DNA from: Rhodospirillaceae bacterium
Lineage (GTDB): Bacteria; Pseudomonadota; Alphaproteobacteria; UBA7985
Assembly (NCBI GenBank): GCA_002700865.1
Contig: PAFB01000149.1
Coordinates: 1-55,170, forward strand
DNA: 55,170 nucleotides
Direction of reading: 5' to 3'
Of this stretch, positions 37,544 through 48,850 are shown piece after piece. The position numbers and the translations under genes are program-made. Each line of letters starts with the position of its first letter. Position 1 is the first letter of the stretch. The notes under the pieces are model-generated. The model did not search any database and was not told the origin of the DNA. It worked only from the letters and a program-made list of their open reading frames with translations.

Positions 37544-38134
37544 TCAACGCCGGGAAAAGGCAATGGCATCCTCTAGCCGATCATCCCCCCAGAACAGCTC
37601 GTCACCAACCACGAACGAGGGCGCACCAAAAACGCCAGCGGCCTTGGCTGCTTCGGTATTCGCGCGGTAGCCAGCCTCGGCTTCCGGCGTGAGGGCGGCG
37701 GCTGTCACGTCGTCAAACGATCGGCCAAGACCCTGGCAGACCTGATGGATGTTTGCATCGCTACCGGCCTCTAACCCGTCGAGGAACCAGGCGCGATACG
37801 TGGCTTCGAAATAGTCGATGTACCAGCCCTGTTGCTCGGCGATAATGCCAACGTGGTTGGCGCGGTCAAAGTCCTGCAGCGGGTAGGGGGCGGGCACCTT
37901 CGGCGATGGCAAGCCGTAGCCCGCAGCCCGGCGTTCGATATCCCGCCACATGTAGCGGACCTTCGCCTCCTTTTCCGGCGGAAATGGAATGTTGTTCATC
38001 TCTCGCATGATGGCCCTGACACTGAACGGGCGGAATTCCACCGTGATACCTTCGCGATCGATCACGTCCCGCAGTCGAAGCGCGGTAAGAAATGTGTAGG
38101 TGCTGCCAATCGATAGGTAAGCGGTGATTTTCAC
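37544..38134 (-). CDS. Mirror copy: HCCA isomerase/GST-kappa family protein
   Basis: Identical to 17037..17627. Confidence 0.9.
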   Translation of the reverse strand: MKITAYLSIGSTYTFLTALRLRDVIDREGITVEFRPFSVRAIMREMNNIPFPPEKEAKVRYMWRDIERRAAGYGLPSPKVPAPYPLQDFDRANHVGIIAEQQGWYIDYFEATYRAWFLDGLEAGSDANIHQVCQGLGRSFDDVTAAALTPEAEAGYRANTEAAKAAGVFGAPSFVVGDELFWGDDRLEDAIAFSRR

Positions 38135-38201
38135 AATGCGGCTCCACACTCATGCAAACATCAAAAGGCACTATACACTAATTCCCAAAGAGCACGCGAG
38201 G

Positions 38202-38333
38202 TTTCAGACGCATCCGGTGCTGAGCCGGACCGCAACGGAGCGGGTGGGTGTCATCGGATATTCCATGGGCGGCTATGGTGTTTTGGCGGCACAAGGTGGA
38301 TTGCTTGCACCCGCAGCGCTGGGGAACGTGCCA
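38202..38333 (+). pseudogene. Mirror copy: alpha/beta-hydrolase fragment
   Basis: Mirror of 16838..16969. Confidence 0.6.
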
Positions 38334-38475
38334 AAGAGGTCTTCGCCGAGGAGCTCAGCGCCTACACAACAGCCTCCGCAGAGGCTCACCCTGCCCGCAG
38401 GGCGCCGATCAAGACCTCGTGTCTGAGCAAGGTGCAGCCTTGCCTCACCGTGTGAAGCGGCGGCATAAGCAATTC

Positions 38476-39165
38476 ATGATGAACTGCTTGCACTTTCTCC
38501 TGCTCCTGCCCGGCCTTCGTACTGTGCTCATGGCGCTGATGTCGTTGATCTTCGCTGGCCTGGCATTGGCCGAGACTCAGGCGTTAGATGCGTCGCCAAC
38601 GTCTATAGTCACGGAGCAGGCAGAAGCCCAGGGGGACGCGCTGTACGCGCTGCCTGATGGCTTTGTCGCCCGGAACCCTGATGGCGCGATCGTGGTCGAG
38701 GAATTCCTCGATTATTACTGTACCTTCTGCAAGGTATCGAGCCCCGAAGTCGACGCGCTCGCTGCCGAAGACACAGACATCCGATTGGTGATCCGCGAAC
38801 TGCCTATCCTGACGCCGCAGTCGCTGCCGCTGGCGCAGATCGCCCTCGCAGCATCGTATCAGGGTTTATATCTGGAGGTTCATAAGGCGATGATGACCGC
38901 GCGAACGGTGCCGTCGCCCGAGGCTGCACTGTCCATTGTCGCGTCACTGGGGGGCGACCCAGATCAGATTCTTATCGACATGCAGCGCCCTGAAATCGGT
39001 CTGCACATCCGTCACAATTTGCAGCGTGCACTCGCTGGCGGCATTCGATCCACGCCCGGTTTCATTGTACAAGGCCTCCCCTTCGCCGGCTACATCGGAA
39101 AGGACGCAATGGCGGAACTGTTTGAGATGCTCAAGGAACCCACGAGCGCTGAAACCAAAAACTGA
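38476..39165 (+). CDS. Mirror copy: DsbA-family protein
   Basis: Identical to 16006..16695. Confidence 0.85.
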   Translation: MMNCLHFLLLLPGLRTVLMALMSLIFAGLALAETQALDASPTSIVTEQAEAQGDALYALPDGFVARNPDGAIVVEEFLDYYCTFCKVSSPEVDALAAEDTDIRLVIRELPILTPQSLPLAQIALAASYQGLYLEVHKAMMTARTVPSPEAALSIVASLGGDPDQILIDMQRPEIGLHIRHNLQRALAGGIRSTPGFIVQGLPFAGYIGKDAMAELFEMLKEPTSAETKN

Positions 39166-39242
39166 GCTTGTAGACGACCCACAAACCGTCTCCCTGAGGA
39201 GGCTTTCGTCGTTCTCGTGGTCTCTGGGGTCTCCGGGTGAGG

Positions 39243-41066
39243 TCAGCTGTTTTCTTCGAGCACATCGGTGATCTCGAAACGAGTCACGTCCACCAGTCCC
39301 AAATCTGAAATTCTCAGCTCCGGAATCACAACCAACGCCAGCAAAGAGTGCTGCATGAAGGCGTTGTTGAGGCTGCAACCACAGGCCGCCATAGCGTCGA
39401 CCATAGCCTGCGCCTTTTCAGCAACCTCGTGCGCAGGCCGGTCGGACATCAGCCCCGCGATGGGCAGCTCGACCAGCGCGATTTCGGCGCCGTCTTTCCA
39501 CACCGTGACCCCGCCGCCGACCTCACCCAGCCGGTTCGCCGCCGCCGCCATCATGTCCCGGTCAGTGCCGACAACAATCATATGGTGGCTGTCGTGGGCG
39601 ACGGTCGACGCAATGGCCATGGAGCCCTGATAGCCGAAGCCGGAGACAAAGCCGTTGGTGAGCCCGCCAGTGGCGCGGTGGCGCTCGACCAGTGCGATCT
39701 GGCAGACCTCGCCGGTTGCCTGCACCCGACCCTCTGTGACGGGCAGTTCGAAGCTCAGCGCTCGTGTCGGTGCTTGATTTTCCACAACGCCAATTACCCG
39801 GGCGCGAACAGCATTGGCACCTGCGGGCGCGGCAATGCTGAAGTCTTTTGCTTGCAGGGTTTTGCCCAGTCGCACAGTCTCGCGTGCGCTTTGCGGCCAA
39901 TCGTAGTGAGGACAGTCGACGAGCCGCTGGCCATCTGTAGCGACCCGGACGCCGCGGGCAAAAACGGTCTCGATGGGCAGGCTGTACAAGTCGCTGCTCA
40001 GGATCATATCGGCACGGCGGCCGGGTGCAATGCTGCCTAGTTCTCGCTCTAGCCCGAAATGGCCGGCGGTGTTGATCGTTGCCATTTGGAGCGCCACCAG
40101 CGGGTCGCAACCGCAGTCGATCGCATGACGCACCACCCGGTTCATATGGCCGTCGTTGACCAGTGTGCCTGAATGGCAGTCGTCGGTGCACAGGATGAAA
40201 TTGCGCGGGTCCAGACCCTTTTCCGTGATCGCCGTGATCTGACTTTCGACATCGTACCAAGCCGAACCAAGCCGCAGCATGGCGCGCATCCCTTGCCGCA
40301 CACGAGCAATCGCGTCGGCCTCTGCCGTACCTTCGTGATCGTCGGCCGGGCCACCAGCGACATAGGCGTGGAAGGCCGTTCCCAAATCTGGCGAGGCGTA
40401 GTGCCCGCCGACGGTCTTACCCGCGCGCATAGTTTCAGCTATTTCCGCGAGCATTTTCGGATCGCCGTTGATAACGCCGGGGAAGTTCATCATCTCCCCC
40501 AACCCGATGATTCCAGGCCAGGCCATGGCCTCGACTACGTCGGCTGGGCTGATTTCAAATCCCGTCGTCTCTAGCCCCGGGGCTGAGGGCGCGCAGGACG
40601 GCATCTGAGTAAAAACGTTCATGGGCTGCATCAAGGCTTCGTCGTGCATCATCCTCACGCCTTCCAGTCCCAGAACGTTGGCAATCTCATGCGGGTCAGT
40701 AAAAATGGTCGTGGTTCCGTGCGGCATGACGGCTGCGCAGAACTCCGCCGGGGTCAACATGCCGCTTTCAATATGCATGTGCCCGTCACAAAAACCTGGG
40801 ATGATATAGCGTCCGTCGGCGTCGATCACCTCTGTCTCAGCACCGATGGTGTGCGCCGCGTCTAGGCCAACGTAGGCGAAGCGGCCAGCGGCAACCGCAA
40901 CCTCCCAGCCGTCGAGCACTTCGCGGCTCTGCACGTTGACCACCTTGCCACCACGGATAACGCAGTCTGCAGGTTGGCGTCCGGCGGCGACGGAGACGAG
41001 GCGAGAAGCGCTTTCGGCCCAAGTCGAGAAGGGTGCAGCCGCGGTCCCTGAGGTGAAGGTGGTCAT
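39243..41066 (-). CDS. ade: Mirror copy: adenine deaminase
   Basis: Identical to 14105..15928. Confidence 0.95.
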   Translation of the reverse strand: MTTFTSGTAAAPFSTWAESASRLVSVAAGRQPADCVIRGGKVVNVQSREVLDGWEVAVAAGRFAYVGLDAAHTIGAETEVIDADGRYIIPGFCDGHMHIESGMLTPAEFCAAVMPHGTTTIFTDPHEIANVLGLEGVRMMHDEALMQPMNVFTQMPSCAPSAPGLETTGFEISPADVVEAMAWPGIIGLGEMMNFPGVINGDPKMLAEIAETMRAGKTVGGHYASPDLGTAFHAYVAGGPADDHEGTAEADAIARVRQGMRAMLRLGSAWYDVESQITAITEKGLDPRNFILCTDDCHSGTLVNDGHMNRVVRHAIDCGCDPLVALQMATINTAGHFGLERELGSIAPGRRADMILSSDLYSLPIETVFARGVRVATDGQRLVDCPHYDWPQSARETVRLGKTLQAKDFSIAAPAGANAVRARVIGVVENQAPTRALSFELPVTEGRVQATGEVCQIALVERHRATGGLTNGFVSGFGYQGSMAIASTVAHDSHHMIVVGTDRDMMAAAANRLGEVGGGVTVWKDGAEIALVELPIAGLMSDRPAHEVAEKAQAMVDAMAACGCSLNNAFMQHSLLALVVIPELRISDLGLVDVTRFEITDVLEENS

Positions 41067-41326
41067 GCTTCGGGGTTCCCTGTTCCAGCGCGCCTCTACC
41101 GGGCGCGACCGCCAGCAGAATAGCCCTGCTCCACCTCCGCTGTCACGCCGCCGCCCAAGGCTACAACTTCGCCCAGGGTCATACGTGTCCGTACAGTTCG
41201 ATTGCAGCGATTCCGGCGGCGATCACCACCGCACCCACGAAGCAGCCATCAGCCGATGGTCTGACCGCGCTTGTTCATGCGTTGAACGGCCGGGCTCTGT
41301 TCGACATGCCCGCCGTCGCTGCCGTC

Positions 41327-42514
41327 CTAGTTATCGCCCTTGGCCTTGGCCTTACGCGGATCAAAGAAGGGTCGTTCGACCACCTCGGCGGGGCAGTCGC
41401 CCTGCGCGCGCTGGACCCGCAGTTTAGTGCCCAAACCGGCGTGATCGGTGCTAACGAAGGCCAGTGCGATGTTTTGCTCCAACCGCGGGGAATACACAGC
41501 CGACGTAACCCGCCCCACGGTCCCGCCCGTGGTCGCGGTGACAGTCCAGAATGTTGTGTTCGGTCCGGTCAGGGGTTCGGCGTCGAGACGGAGCCCCACC
41601 TGCACGCGATCAACCCCGGCGTCACGGATTTTCAACAACGCCTCACGACCGATGAAGTCATGGCCACCGTCGAGTTCAACCAGCCGGTCCAGTCCCAGCT
41701 CGAAGGGGTTGACCGTGATATCGGCGTCGGCCTGGTAGGACAGCATTCCGCCTTCGATCCGCCGGATGGACGACGTGTGCCCGGGCTGCAGGCCGAAGGG
41801 CTGGCCCGCGGCCATGATCGCTTCCCACAGGGCGTCCCCCTGCGCGCTGTCCTGAAGATAGATTTCGTAACCCAGCTCGCTCGACCAACCGGTGCGGGAA
41901 ACGACGACCGGAATGCCGTGAAGCTCCAATTCGCGCAGCCAGTAGTAGCGCAGGTCGCGGATGTCATCACCAAACAACGCAGCCATAATCTCTCCCGACT
42001 TCGGTCCCTGAAGTTGCAGGGGGGAGACGTCGGGCTCGTGGATATGGACGTCGAGGCCGCTGTTCACTGCCACCCCCTGCGCCCACAGCAGCACGTCGCT
42101 GTCGGCCAGTGACAGCCAGAATCGGTCCTCCGCCAGACGTAGCAGCACGGGGTCGTTGATCAGGCAGCCCGCGGCGTTGGTAATCAGCACGTACTTGCAC
42201 TGGCCCACAGCAAGTTTGGATAGATCACGCGGGGTCAGCCGCTGGACAAAGGCGGCGGCGTCTGGGCCGCTGATCTCTACCTGCCGCTCGACCGCTACGT
42301 CGCAGAGGATGGCGTCGTTTATCAGGTTCCAGAAATTCTGCTCCGGATCACCAAAATCACGCGGAATGTACATGTGATTATAGACGGAGAACCCTGTTGC
42401 GCCCCAGCGCACGGTCGCGTCGAAGTAGGGTGATTTGCGGATCTGGGTGCCAAAGCCAAAGTCCTTGGTAACGGTGCCAGAAGGCATGCCCGCGCGGGCA
42501 GCGGTGTCGGTCAT
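41327..42514 (-). CDS. Mirror copy: GcvT/DmdA-related aminomethyltransferase
   Basis: Identical to 12657..13844. Confidence 0.85.
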   Translation of the reverse strand: MTDTAARAGMPSGTVTKDFGFGTQIRKSPYFDATVRWGATGFSVYNHMYIPRDFGDPEQNFWNLINDAILCDVAVERQVEISGPDAAAFVQRLTPRDLSKLAVGQCKYVLITNAAGCLINDPVLLRLAEDRFWLSLADSDVLLWAQGVAVNSGLDVHIHEPDVSPLQLQGPKSGEIMAALFGDDIRDLRYYWLRELELHGIPVVVSRTGWSSELGYEIYLQDSAQGDALWEAIMAAGQPFGLQPGHTSSIRRIEGGMLSYQADADITVNPFELGLDRLVELDGGHDFIGREALLKIRDAGVDRVQVGLRLDAEPLTGPNTTFWTVTATTGGTVGRVTSAVYSPRLEQNIALAFVSTDHAGLGTKLRVQRAQGDCPAEVVERPFFDPRKAKAKGDN

Positions 42515-42649
42515 GAAAGGGGTTCCTGCGATCGGGGGGGAAGGGGGTCTTCAAACCTCCCCTGCCAAATATCCGGATTGAATGCGAAAGCAAGCGCAGA
42601 CAGGTCAGGTTTTTCACCATGACGGGCAAGGCCGCTATTGTGCCGACGA

Positions 42650-44230
42650 TTAGAACAAGCCTGCATAGTCTTCCCGCAGCGCTTTTTTCTTCACCTTGCC
42701 CATCGCGTTGCGGGGCAGGGCGTCGACCAGAACCACTTGCCGGGGTTGCTTGAACCGTGCCAACCGGTCGGCAAGGAAGGTGGCGACGCTTTCCGAGGAT
42801 ATCGCCCCCGCGCCCGCGCCCGAGGCACCGACCGCTTCACCACCTGCTTCCGGCACGATCACCGCTATGACGGCCTCGCCGAGGTCCGGGTGGGGCAGGC
42901 CAATGACGCAGCTCTCCCGCACTCCCGGTATTTGGTCTAATTGCTCCTCCACCTCTTTGGGGTAGACGTTGAAGCCGCCGCTGATGATCAAGTCCTTGGC
43001 GCGGCCGACGATGGTGATGCGTCCGTCTTCGGCCATGGTTGCCATATCGCCGGTGATGAAGTGGCCATCGGTGCGGAATTCTTCTGCCGTCTTCTCGGGC
43101 ATATTCCAGTAGCCAGCGAAGACGTTTGGGCCAGCGATTTCTAAAATACCGATTTCTCCTGCTGGCAGCGTCGCGCCGTCGCGGTCAGTGACCCGGGCAT
43201 GGATACCGGGCAGGGCGTAGCCCACTGTGCCGGCAATGCGTTCCCCGTCGTCATAGGGGTTGGAGGTGATCATCCCCGCCTCGGTCATGCCGTAGCGTTC
43301 GAGGATCGGCTGTCCGGTCAGGGCTTCGAACTGGTCGAAGGTCTCGGGCAGCAGTGGCGCGGAGCCGGAGATGAACACCCGCACGCCGTCGCTAACGCTG
43401 CGGTCGAATCCGGGCGTGTTCAACAGTCGGACATAGAAGGTTGGAACACCCATGAGCACGCTGGCTCCGGGCAACTCGGCCACCAGTCGCGCGGGGTCGA
43501 AGGCGTCGAGAAAGATGACTTCCGAGCCGTTGAGCAGGGCGCAGTGCAGCGCAACGAAGAGGCCGTGGACATGAAATACGGGCAGGGCGTGGAGCAATAC
43601 GTCTCCCGGCACCCAACCCCAGTATTCGTGCAGCACAAGCCCGTTCGAGATCAGGTTGCCGTGGGTGATCATCGCACCCTTTGATCGCCCTGTGGTGCCC
43701 GAGGTGTAAAGGATCGCTGCGAGGTCATCGCGTTCGCGGTGAATGATGTCGTCGGAAGGTGGCAAGGCCGCTGCGGCTTCGGGCAGGCTACCGCTTCCAT
43801 CCATGCCCAGCGTCAGGCAATGGCCAATGCCAGCCTCCCCTGCCAATGCGGCGAGGTCATGGGTGGCGTCCGCGTCAGGGTCGCAGACCAGCACTTGCGG
43901 TTTGGCATCATCGAGGAAGTAAGCCAATTCAGTCGGAGTGTAGGCCGGGTTGAGTGGAACGAACACCGCACCAACGCGCAGACAGGCGAGGTAGAGCAGC
44001 ACGAATTCCATCGATTTACCGACCTGGACAACCACCCGATCACCGGGTGAGACCCCGCAGGCGGCCAGCGCGGCGGCGTATTGCCCGGTTTCCCCATCTA
44101 GGTCGCCGTAGGCAAGGCTACCCCGATCCGCGCGCAGGAACAGGGCAGACGGGTCAGTGGGGCGCCTGTCTCGGAAGCAGGTGTAGAGATTCTGGTCGAG
44201 CATGGCGGATCCGGCGCTGTGGTTGCTCAA
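42650..44230 (-). CDS. matB: Mirror copy: malonyl-CoA synthetase-type ligase
   Basis: Identical to 10941..12521. Confidence 0.82.
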   Translation of the reverse strand: MSNHSAGSAMLDQNLYTCFRDRRPTDPSALFLRADRGSLAYGDLDGETGQYAAALAACGVSPGDRVVVQVGKSMEFVLLYLACLRVGAVFVPLNPAYTPTELAYFLDDAKPQVLVCDPDADATHDLAALAGEAGIGHCLTLGMDGSGSLPEAAAALPPSDDIIHRERDDLAAILYTSGTTGRSKGAMITHGNLISNGLVLHEYWGWVPGDVLLHALPVFHVHGLFVALHCALLNGSEVIFLDAFDPARLVAELPGASVLMGVPTFYVRLLNTPGFDRSVSDGVRVFISGSAPLLPETFDQFEALTGQPILERYGMTEAGMITSNPYDDGERIAGTVGYALPGIHARVTDRDGATLPAGEIGILEIAGPNVFAGYWNMPEKTAEEFRTDGHFITGDMATMAEDGRITIVGRAKDLIISGGFNVYPKEVEEQLDQIPGVRESCVIGLPHPDLGEAVIAVIVPEAGGEAVGASGAGAGAISSESVATFLADRLARFKQPRQVVLVDALPRNAMGKVKKKALREDYAGLF

Positions 44231-44263
44231 TCACCCTCCCCGCGCGCGGCGGCGGCGTCAAGC

Positions 44264-45571
44264 TTAGTCCTGTCCCGGGCTATTGTCGTCTCGGCGTCGC
44301 GCGCCGAGCCGTACCTGTCGGATCAGCAGCGCCACCACGCCGACAACCGGCAGCACCAGCCCGGCGGTCAGTTCCGCTTTGGAGAAGCCGGCGGCGTCGG
44401 CCAGCGGATACAGCAGCCCGGAGAGCAGGTTAACGGCGTAGTAGCTGATCGCGATCACCGATAGGCCCTCGACCGTGCGCTGCAGCCGCAGCTGCAGCCC
44501 CGTGCGCCGGTCCATGCTGGTCAGCAGCGACTGGTTCTGCGCTGAGCGCGAGACGTCGACACGGGTGCGCAGCAGCTCGGCCGTCCGGGTCGTTCGGTCG
44601 AGCTGGCTGTTGAGCCGGTCCTGAGTCGAGCTGACGGTCCGGATCGCCGGGTCAAAGCGGCGCATCATGAACTCGTGGAAGGTCTGTAGCCCCTCGAACC
44701 GCTGCTCTCGCAGCAGCTCGATCCGGTCGTGGACGATGGCGTTGTAGGCCTCAGTCGCGCCGAAGCGGAAAGTCATCAGCGCCGCCTGCTCCTCCAGCGT
44801 CGACGAGATGTCGAGAAGGTTGAACAGCAGACCTTCGGCGTTCGCGTCGGCCTTGGCCATGGTCAGCACGATGTCTTCGAGCCGCTGGTCGAAGTCGGTC
44901 AATGCCTTGGCCAACTTGCGCGCTCGGTGCAGGCCGAGCATGGCCATGGCGCGGTAGGTCTCGATCTCCAGCACCGACTGCACCACCTGCCCGACGCGGG
45001 CCGGGCTGGTGTCGGTCGCAACGAACAGGGCGAAGCGCATGTGGCCATGCTCGTCGAGTTGGAAATCCCCGGCAAGCACGCCACTGCCGTCGAGTATGCG
45101 GGCGGCGGCGAGGCTTTTTGGGTTGAACCACTGGGACAGGCGCGTCGCCATGGTTGCCGGGTCTTCGGGGACGGGTTCGACGCGGATGGAAACCTGCACC
45201 AGCGCCGGGGAAGTCAGGCTCTGTGCCCAGCCTTCGAGGGTGGCGCGGGAGTCATCAAAGTCGAAGGCCTCAGCCGCTGTGTCCTCGCGGAACAGCGCGA
45301 GGCTGGTGAACTCCGAATGCTGCTCCCATTTCAGCCGGTCGCAGGCCGCTACGCGGTCGAGGAAGTGGTTGGTGCCGACCTTCTCGGCGTCGAGCCCGGC
45401 GGTGCTCAGCCGATCGATGAGCCGGTCGCGTTCCGCAGCCCGGTCGCGCCCGACCGCATTCTCCGGGTGCTTGCAGGCGAGAAAAACCACGTCACAGGGG
45501 GCGCTGACCTCGGCAAAGGGGCGCGCGTGGAGTTCGTCGATCAAGTCGCGGCGGCGCGGATGCTCCTGCAT
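44264..45571 (-). CDS. Mirror copy: DUF3422 protein
   Basis: Identical to 9600..10907. Confidence 0.88.
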   Translation of the reverse strand: MQEHPRRRDLIDELHARPFAEVSAPCDVVFLACKHPENAVGRDRAAERDRLIDRLSTAGLDAEKVGTNHFLDRVAACDRLKWEQHSEFTSLALFREDTAAEAFDFDDSRATLEGWAQSLTSPALVQVSIRVEPVPEDPATMATRLSQWFNPKSLAAARILDGSGVLAGDFQLDEHGHMRFALFVATDTSPARVGQVVQSVLEIETYRAMAMLGLHRARKLAKALTDFDQRLEDIVLTMAKADANAEGLLFNLLDISSTLEEQAALMTFRFGATEAYNAIVHDRIELLREQRFEGLQTFHEFMMRRFDPAIRTVSSTQDRLNSQLDRTTRTAELLRTRVDVSRSAQNQSLLTSMDRRTGLQLRLQRTVEGLSVIAISYYAVNLLSGLLYPLADAAGFSKAELTAGLVLPVVGVVALLIRQVRLGARRRDDNSPGQD

Positions 45572-45713
45572 GGCGCAGTCTCCGGAAAAAAGCTTAATAG
45601 ATCGGTGATTTAGGCCGTTTGTCCCAAAAGTCCCGCAAGGGTGCCTGTCACCCTGGCGCGGCTGCGGTGACTTTGCGCTTGCTGTGCGCGGCAAAGGCGC
45701 AGCAAATGGCATT

Positions 45714-46310
45714 ATGATTAGCTTCGGCCTCGCCGCATTTTTCCTCGTCCTCACCCCTGGACCGGCCGTCCTGACGGTGGCGGGCTTTGGCGCGTCCTAC
45801 GGTTTCCGGCGCTCGGTGGTGTTTGTGCTTGGGATCATGCTGGGGGCCAACATCGTCATGCTGGCAGTGATGAGTGGCCTGGCCGCCGTGCTGCTGTCGG
45901 CGCCGGGGCTGCGGCTTGCACTGCTGGCAGGGTCGACGGCCTTCTTGTTCTATCTCGCTGTACGGATCGCCTTCGCTGGCTCGCGCATCGCTTTTATAGA
46001 AGCGCGGCACCCGCCCGGCGTTCTAAGCGCAGTCGTGCTCCAGGTGCTCAACCCTAAGGCCTACGCGGTCAATACCGCACTCTTCACTGGCTTCAGCTTT
46101 GCGCCTGAAGCCCTTTGGTTTGAGATCGGGGCCAAGCTGGTGATCGCCAACTTGGTTTGGTTTCCGTTACACTTCCTTTGGCTCTGGGCCGGCGTTCGGC
46201 TTCACGCTCTTGACCTGTCCCAGCGTCTTCAGCGGTTGATTAACCTCGGGATGGCGGCGGCGTTGGCAGGGGTCGCTGTGCTCTCCGCGGTGACGCTGCT
46301 TTTCGCCTGA
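45714..46310 (+). CDS. Mirror copy: LysE translocator
   Basis: Identical to 8861..9457. Confidence 0.9.
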   Translation: MISFGLAAFFLVLTPGPAVLTVAGFGASYGFRRSVVFVLGIMLGANIVMLAVMSGLAAVLLSAPGLRLALLAGSTAFLFYLAVRIAFAGSRIAFIEARHPPGVLSAVVLQVLNPKAYAVNTALFTGFSFAPEALWFEIGAKLVIANLVWFPLHFLWLWAGVRLHALDLSQRLQRLINLGMAAALAGVAVLSAVTLLFA

Positions 46311-46435
46311 CGGTTGTCAACGTGTCGCGGTTTAAGGGTGCAAAGGTGTCGCATCGGTGACGCAAATTGGAAGATCTCTCGACCGGGAATGCTATCTGGG
46401 TGTTTGATAGGTTATTGTAGTGGAGGATACGCAGG

Positions 46436-47815
46436 ATGGATGGCGAGTTTTACAGCAACACCCGCAAGGTCATGCCTTTTGGAAGCTCAAAGGCCGAAGC
46501 TGCCCCTTCGGTGCGGATCGACCGTGCGCGTGGCGATACCTTAGACGATGGCAGCCCGAACAACGGCAACCGCATTGAAATCGGACCGACTGACCTGGCT
46601 TGGCAGGAATGGCACGCGGCGGGGCTGCAAGCGCCGGACCTGCAGGCTATGCGGGCCTACCGGCTCGACCGAATCGTCAAAGCCCTGCACGAACGTGATT
46701 GGGGCGGCGTGCTGCTATTCGACCCGCTGAACATCCGCTACGCCAGCGACAGCACCAGCATGCAGTTGTGGAACACCCACAATCCCTTCCGCGCCTGTTT
46801 GGTGACAGCGGACGGGCACCTCGTGGTCTGGGACTACAAAAACAGCCCCTTCCTGTGTGACTTCAACCCGCTGGTCCAGGAGGTCCGGAGCGGAGCAAGC
46901 ATGTTCTACTTTACCAGCGGCGACCGAACCCAGCAGGCTGCAGACGCCTTCGCACAGCAAGTCATCGACCTGATGGCCGAGCACGCCGGGGGGAATATGC
47001 GGCTGGGCGTGGACAAGATCATGCTCGATGGTTTTTATGCGCTGCGCGACGCAGGCTTCGCCGTCATGCGCGGTGAGGAGGCGATGGAGAAGGCCCGCAG
47101 CGTCAAGAGCATCGATGAACAGCTGGCCATGAAGTGCGCGAGCTGGTCCTGTGAGCAATCAGTTTACGAGATGCAGGCAGCAGTTCAACCGGGCATGACC
47201 GAGGACGAAATCTGGTCCGTTCTGCACGCCGGCAACATCAAGCGTGGCGGCGAGTGGATTGAAACCCGCTTGCTGGCGTCCGGCCCGCGAACCAACCCGT
47301 GGTTTCAGGAGTGTGGCCCGCGAAAGCTGCAGAACAACGAAATCCTTGCCTTCGATACCGATCTCGTCGGCATATACGGCTTCTGCATCGACATTTCCCG
47401 CACCTGGTGGATTGGTGACGAGGCACCGCGCGCAGACATGATCGAGGCTTACAAGCACGCGGTCGAGCACATGCGCACCAACGAGCAGCTGGTGAAACCA
47501 GGCACGACGATGAAGGAGCTCACCTTTGGCGGTCACCAGCTAGATCCCAAATACGTGGCACGGCAGTATAGCTGCCGCTTCCATGGCGTTGGTCTGTGCG
47601 ATGAGTGGCCCTGCATCCCCTACAAGGAAGAATTCCAGGAAGGCGCCAACGATTATGAATTGGAGCCGGGTATGTGCTTATGCGTGGAGGCGCTGGTTGG
47701 TGAGGAAGACGGCGATTTCTGCATCAAGCTTGAAGACCAGCTTATTGTAACGGAAACCGGCTTTGAGAATATCACCCGGTTTCCCTACGACGCTCGTTTG
47801 ATGGGCGAAGCCTAA
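46436..47815 (+). CDS. dddP: Mirror copy: DMSP lyase DddP
   Basis: Identical to 7356..8735. Confidence 0.92.
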   Translation: MDGEFYSNTRKVMPFGSSKAEAAPSVRIDRARGDTLDDGSPNNGNRIEIGPTDLAWQEWHAAGLQAPDLQAMRAYRLDRIVKALHERDWGGVLLFDPLNIRYASDSTSMQLWNTHNPFRACLVTADGHLVVWDYKNSPFLCDFNPLVQEVRSGASMFYFTSGDRTQQAADAFAQQVIDLMAEHAGGNMRLGVDKIMLDGFYALRDAGFAVMRGEEAMEKARSVKSIDEQLAMKCASWSCEQSVYEMQAAVQPGMTEDEIWSVLHAGNIKRGGEWIETRLLASGPRTNPWFQECGPRKLQNNEILAFDTDLVGIYGFCIDISRTWWIGDEAPRADMIEAYKHAVEHMRTNEQLVKPGTTMKELTFGGHQLDPKYVARQYSCRFHGVGLCDEWPCIPYKEEFQEGANDYELEPGMCLCVEALVGEEDGDFCIKLEDQLIVTETGFENITRFPYDARLMGEA

Positions 47816-47858
47816 GCGGCGGTATGAGACGGAGTTATCGCACATCTAGCGGTCACCG

Positions 47859-48578
47859 ATGGTGACCGGTCGATTTGAGCGTGTGCGGGCGGTGGTCGAG
47901 GCTATCGCTGGCATGCTTCGTACCGCTGCTGCTGAGCCCGGGGACACTGCCTTGGCGGCGCAGCGCACGCTAGACCGTTTGCAGACGACAGCGCTCAGCC
48001 GCGATGCTTTCACCGATCGTCCGCCCCGCTCCGCCGACCGTCATCAACCCTTATTGACCCAGGCTGTTGACCAGATGCAGTCACCGCTGCTCCTGCCCTT
48101 ACAACGGGCTCTGAGGGCAGCGATCGATGATTTGGTCTGGGCCGAGGACCAGATGAAATATTACGCTGCGGACGCTGATGTCGGCTTGGGTTATCGAAAT
48201 GGTAATCTGCATACGTTGCTGATCGGTCCCGGCGCCTGTGGCTTCGAGCACGCAGATTTTACGCTTGGGTTCTTCCTGCTCCACCCGCATACGCTTTACC
48301 GCGACCATGCTCATCCGGCGCCGGAGACTTACTTAAACCTCTCATCACGGTCTGGCTGGCGCTTTGGCCAGAGTGGCTGGCGTGATCTTGGTCCAGGCAG
48401 CCTCGTCTACAATCCGTCGATGGCCCCCCATGCAACGCGCTCCTACGAACAGCCGTTTTTTTCGGTGTTTTCGTGGCTCGAAGACATCGCCCAACCCTGC
48501 GTGGTGCTGCCACGCGATGACTGGACCGAGATCGAAGCTGATCTGGAGGCCATGAAGGGGCATGGCATCACAGGTTAA
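47859..48578 (+). CDS. Mirror copy: DddQ-like cupin
   Basis: Identical to 6593..7312. Confidence 0.75.
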   Translation: MVTGRFERVRAVVEAIAGMLRTAAAEPGDTALAAQRTLDRLQTTALSRDAFTDRPPRSADRHQPLLTQAVDQMQSPLLLPLQRALRAAIDDLVWAEDQMKYYAADADVGLGYRNGNLHTLLIGPGACGFEHADFTLGFFLLHPHTLYRDHAHPAPETYLNLSSRSGWRFGQSGWRDLGPGSLVYNPSMAPHATRSYEQPFFSVFSWLEDIAQPCVVLPRDDWTEIEADLEAMKGHGITG

Positions 48579-48652
48579 GCGCTGCTGATACTGAACAGTG
48601 CCGCCGTGGGTACGCGCTTCGAGCGCCGTGTCACGTGCCTGAGCGTGTCGAC

Positions 48653-48850
48653 TCAGCTGTCGTTCTGGCGCATCAGCTCTTCTTTTAGACTGCGAATTTC
48701 GCGGCGTGCCTCCAGCAATTCTGCCTCCAGTCGGTCCCGCTCCTCGCGGACGCCCGCGACCCAGCGGAAGAAATTCATCGGAATGGCGAGCGCGCCAATC
48801 ACGACCACGGTGAGACCGACGAGCAGGAGAATGGCGATCAGGGGTGCCAT
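48653..48850 (-). CDS. Mirror copy: small membrane protein
   Basis: Identical to 6321..6518. Confidence 0.6.
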   Translation of the reverse strand: MAPLIAILLLVGLTVVVIGALAIPMNFFRWVAGVREERDRLEAELLEARREIRSLKEELMRQNDS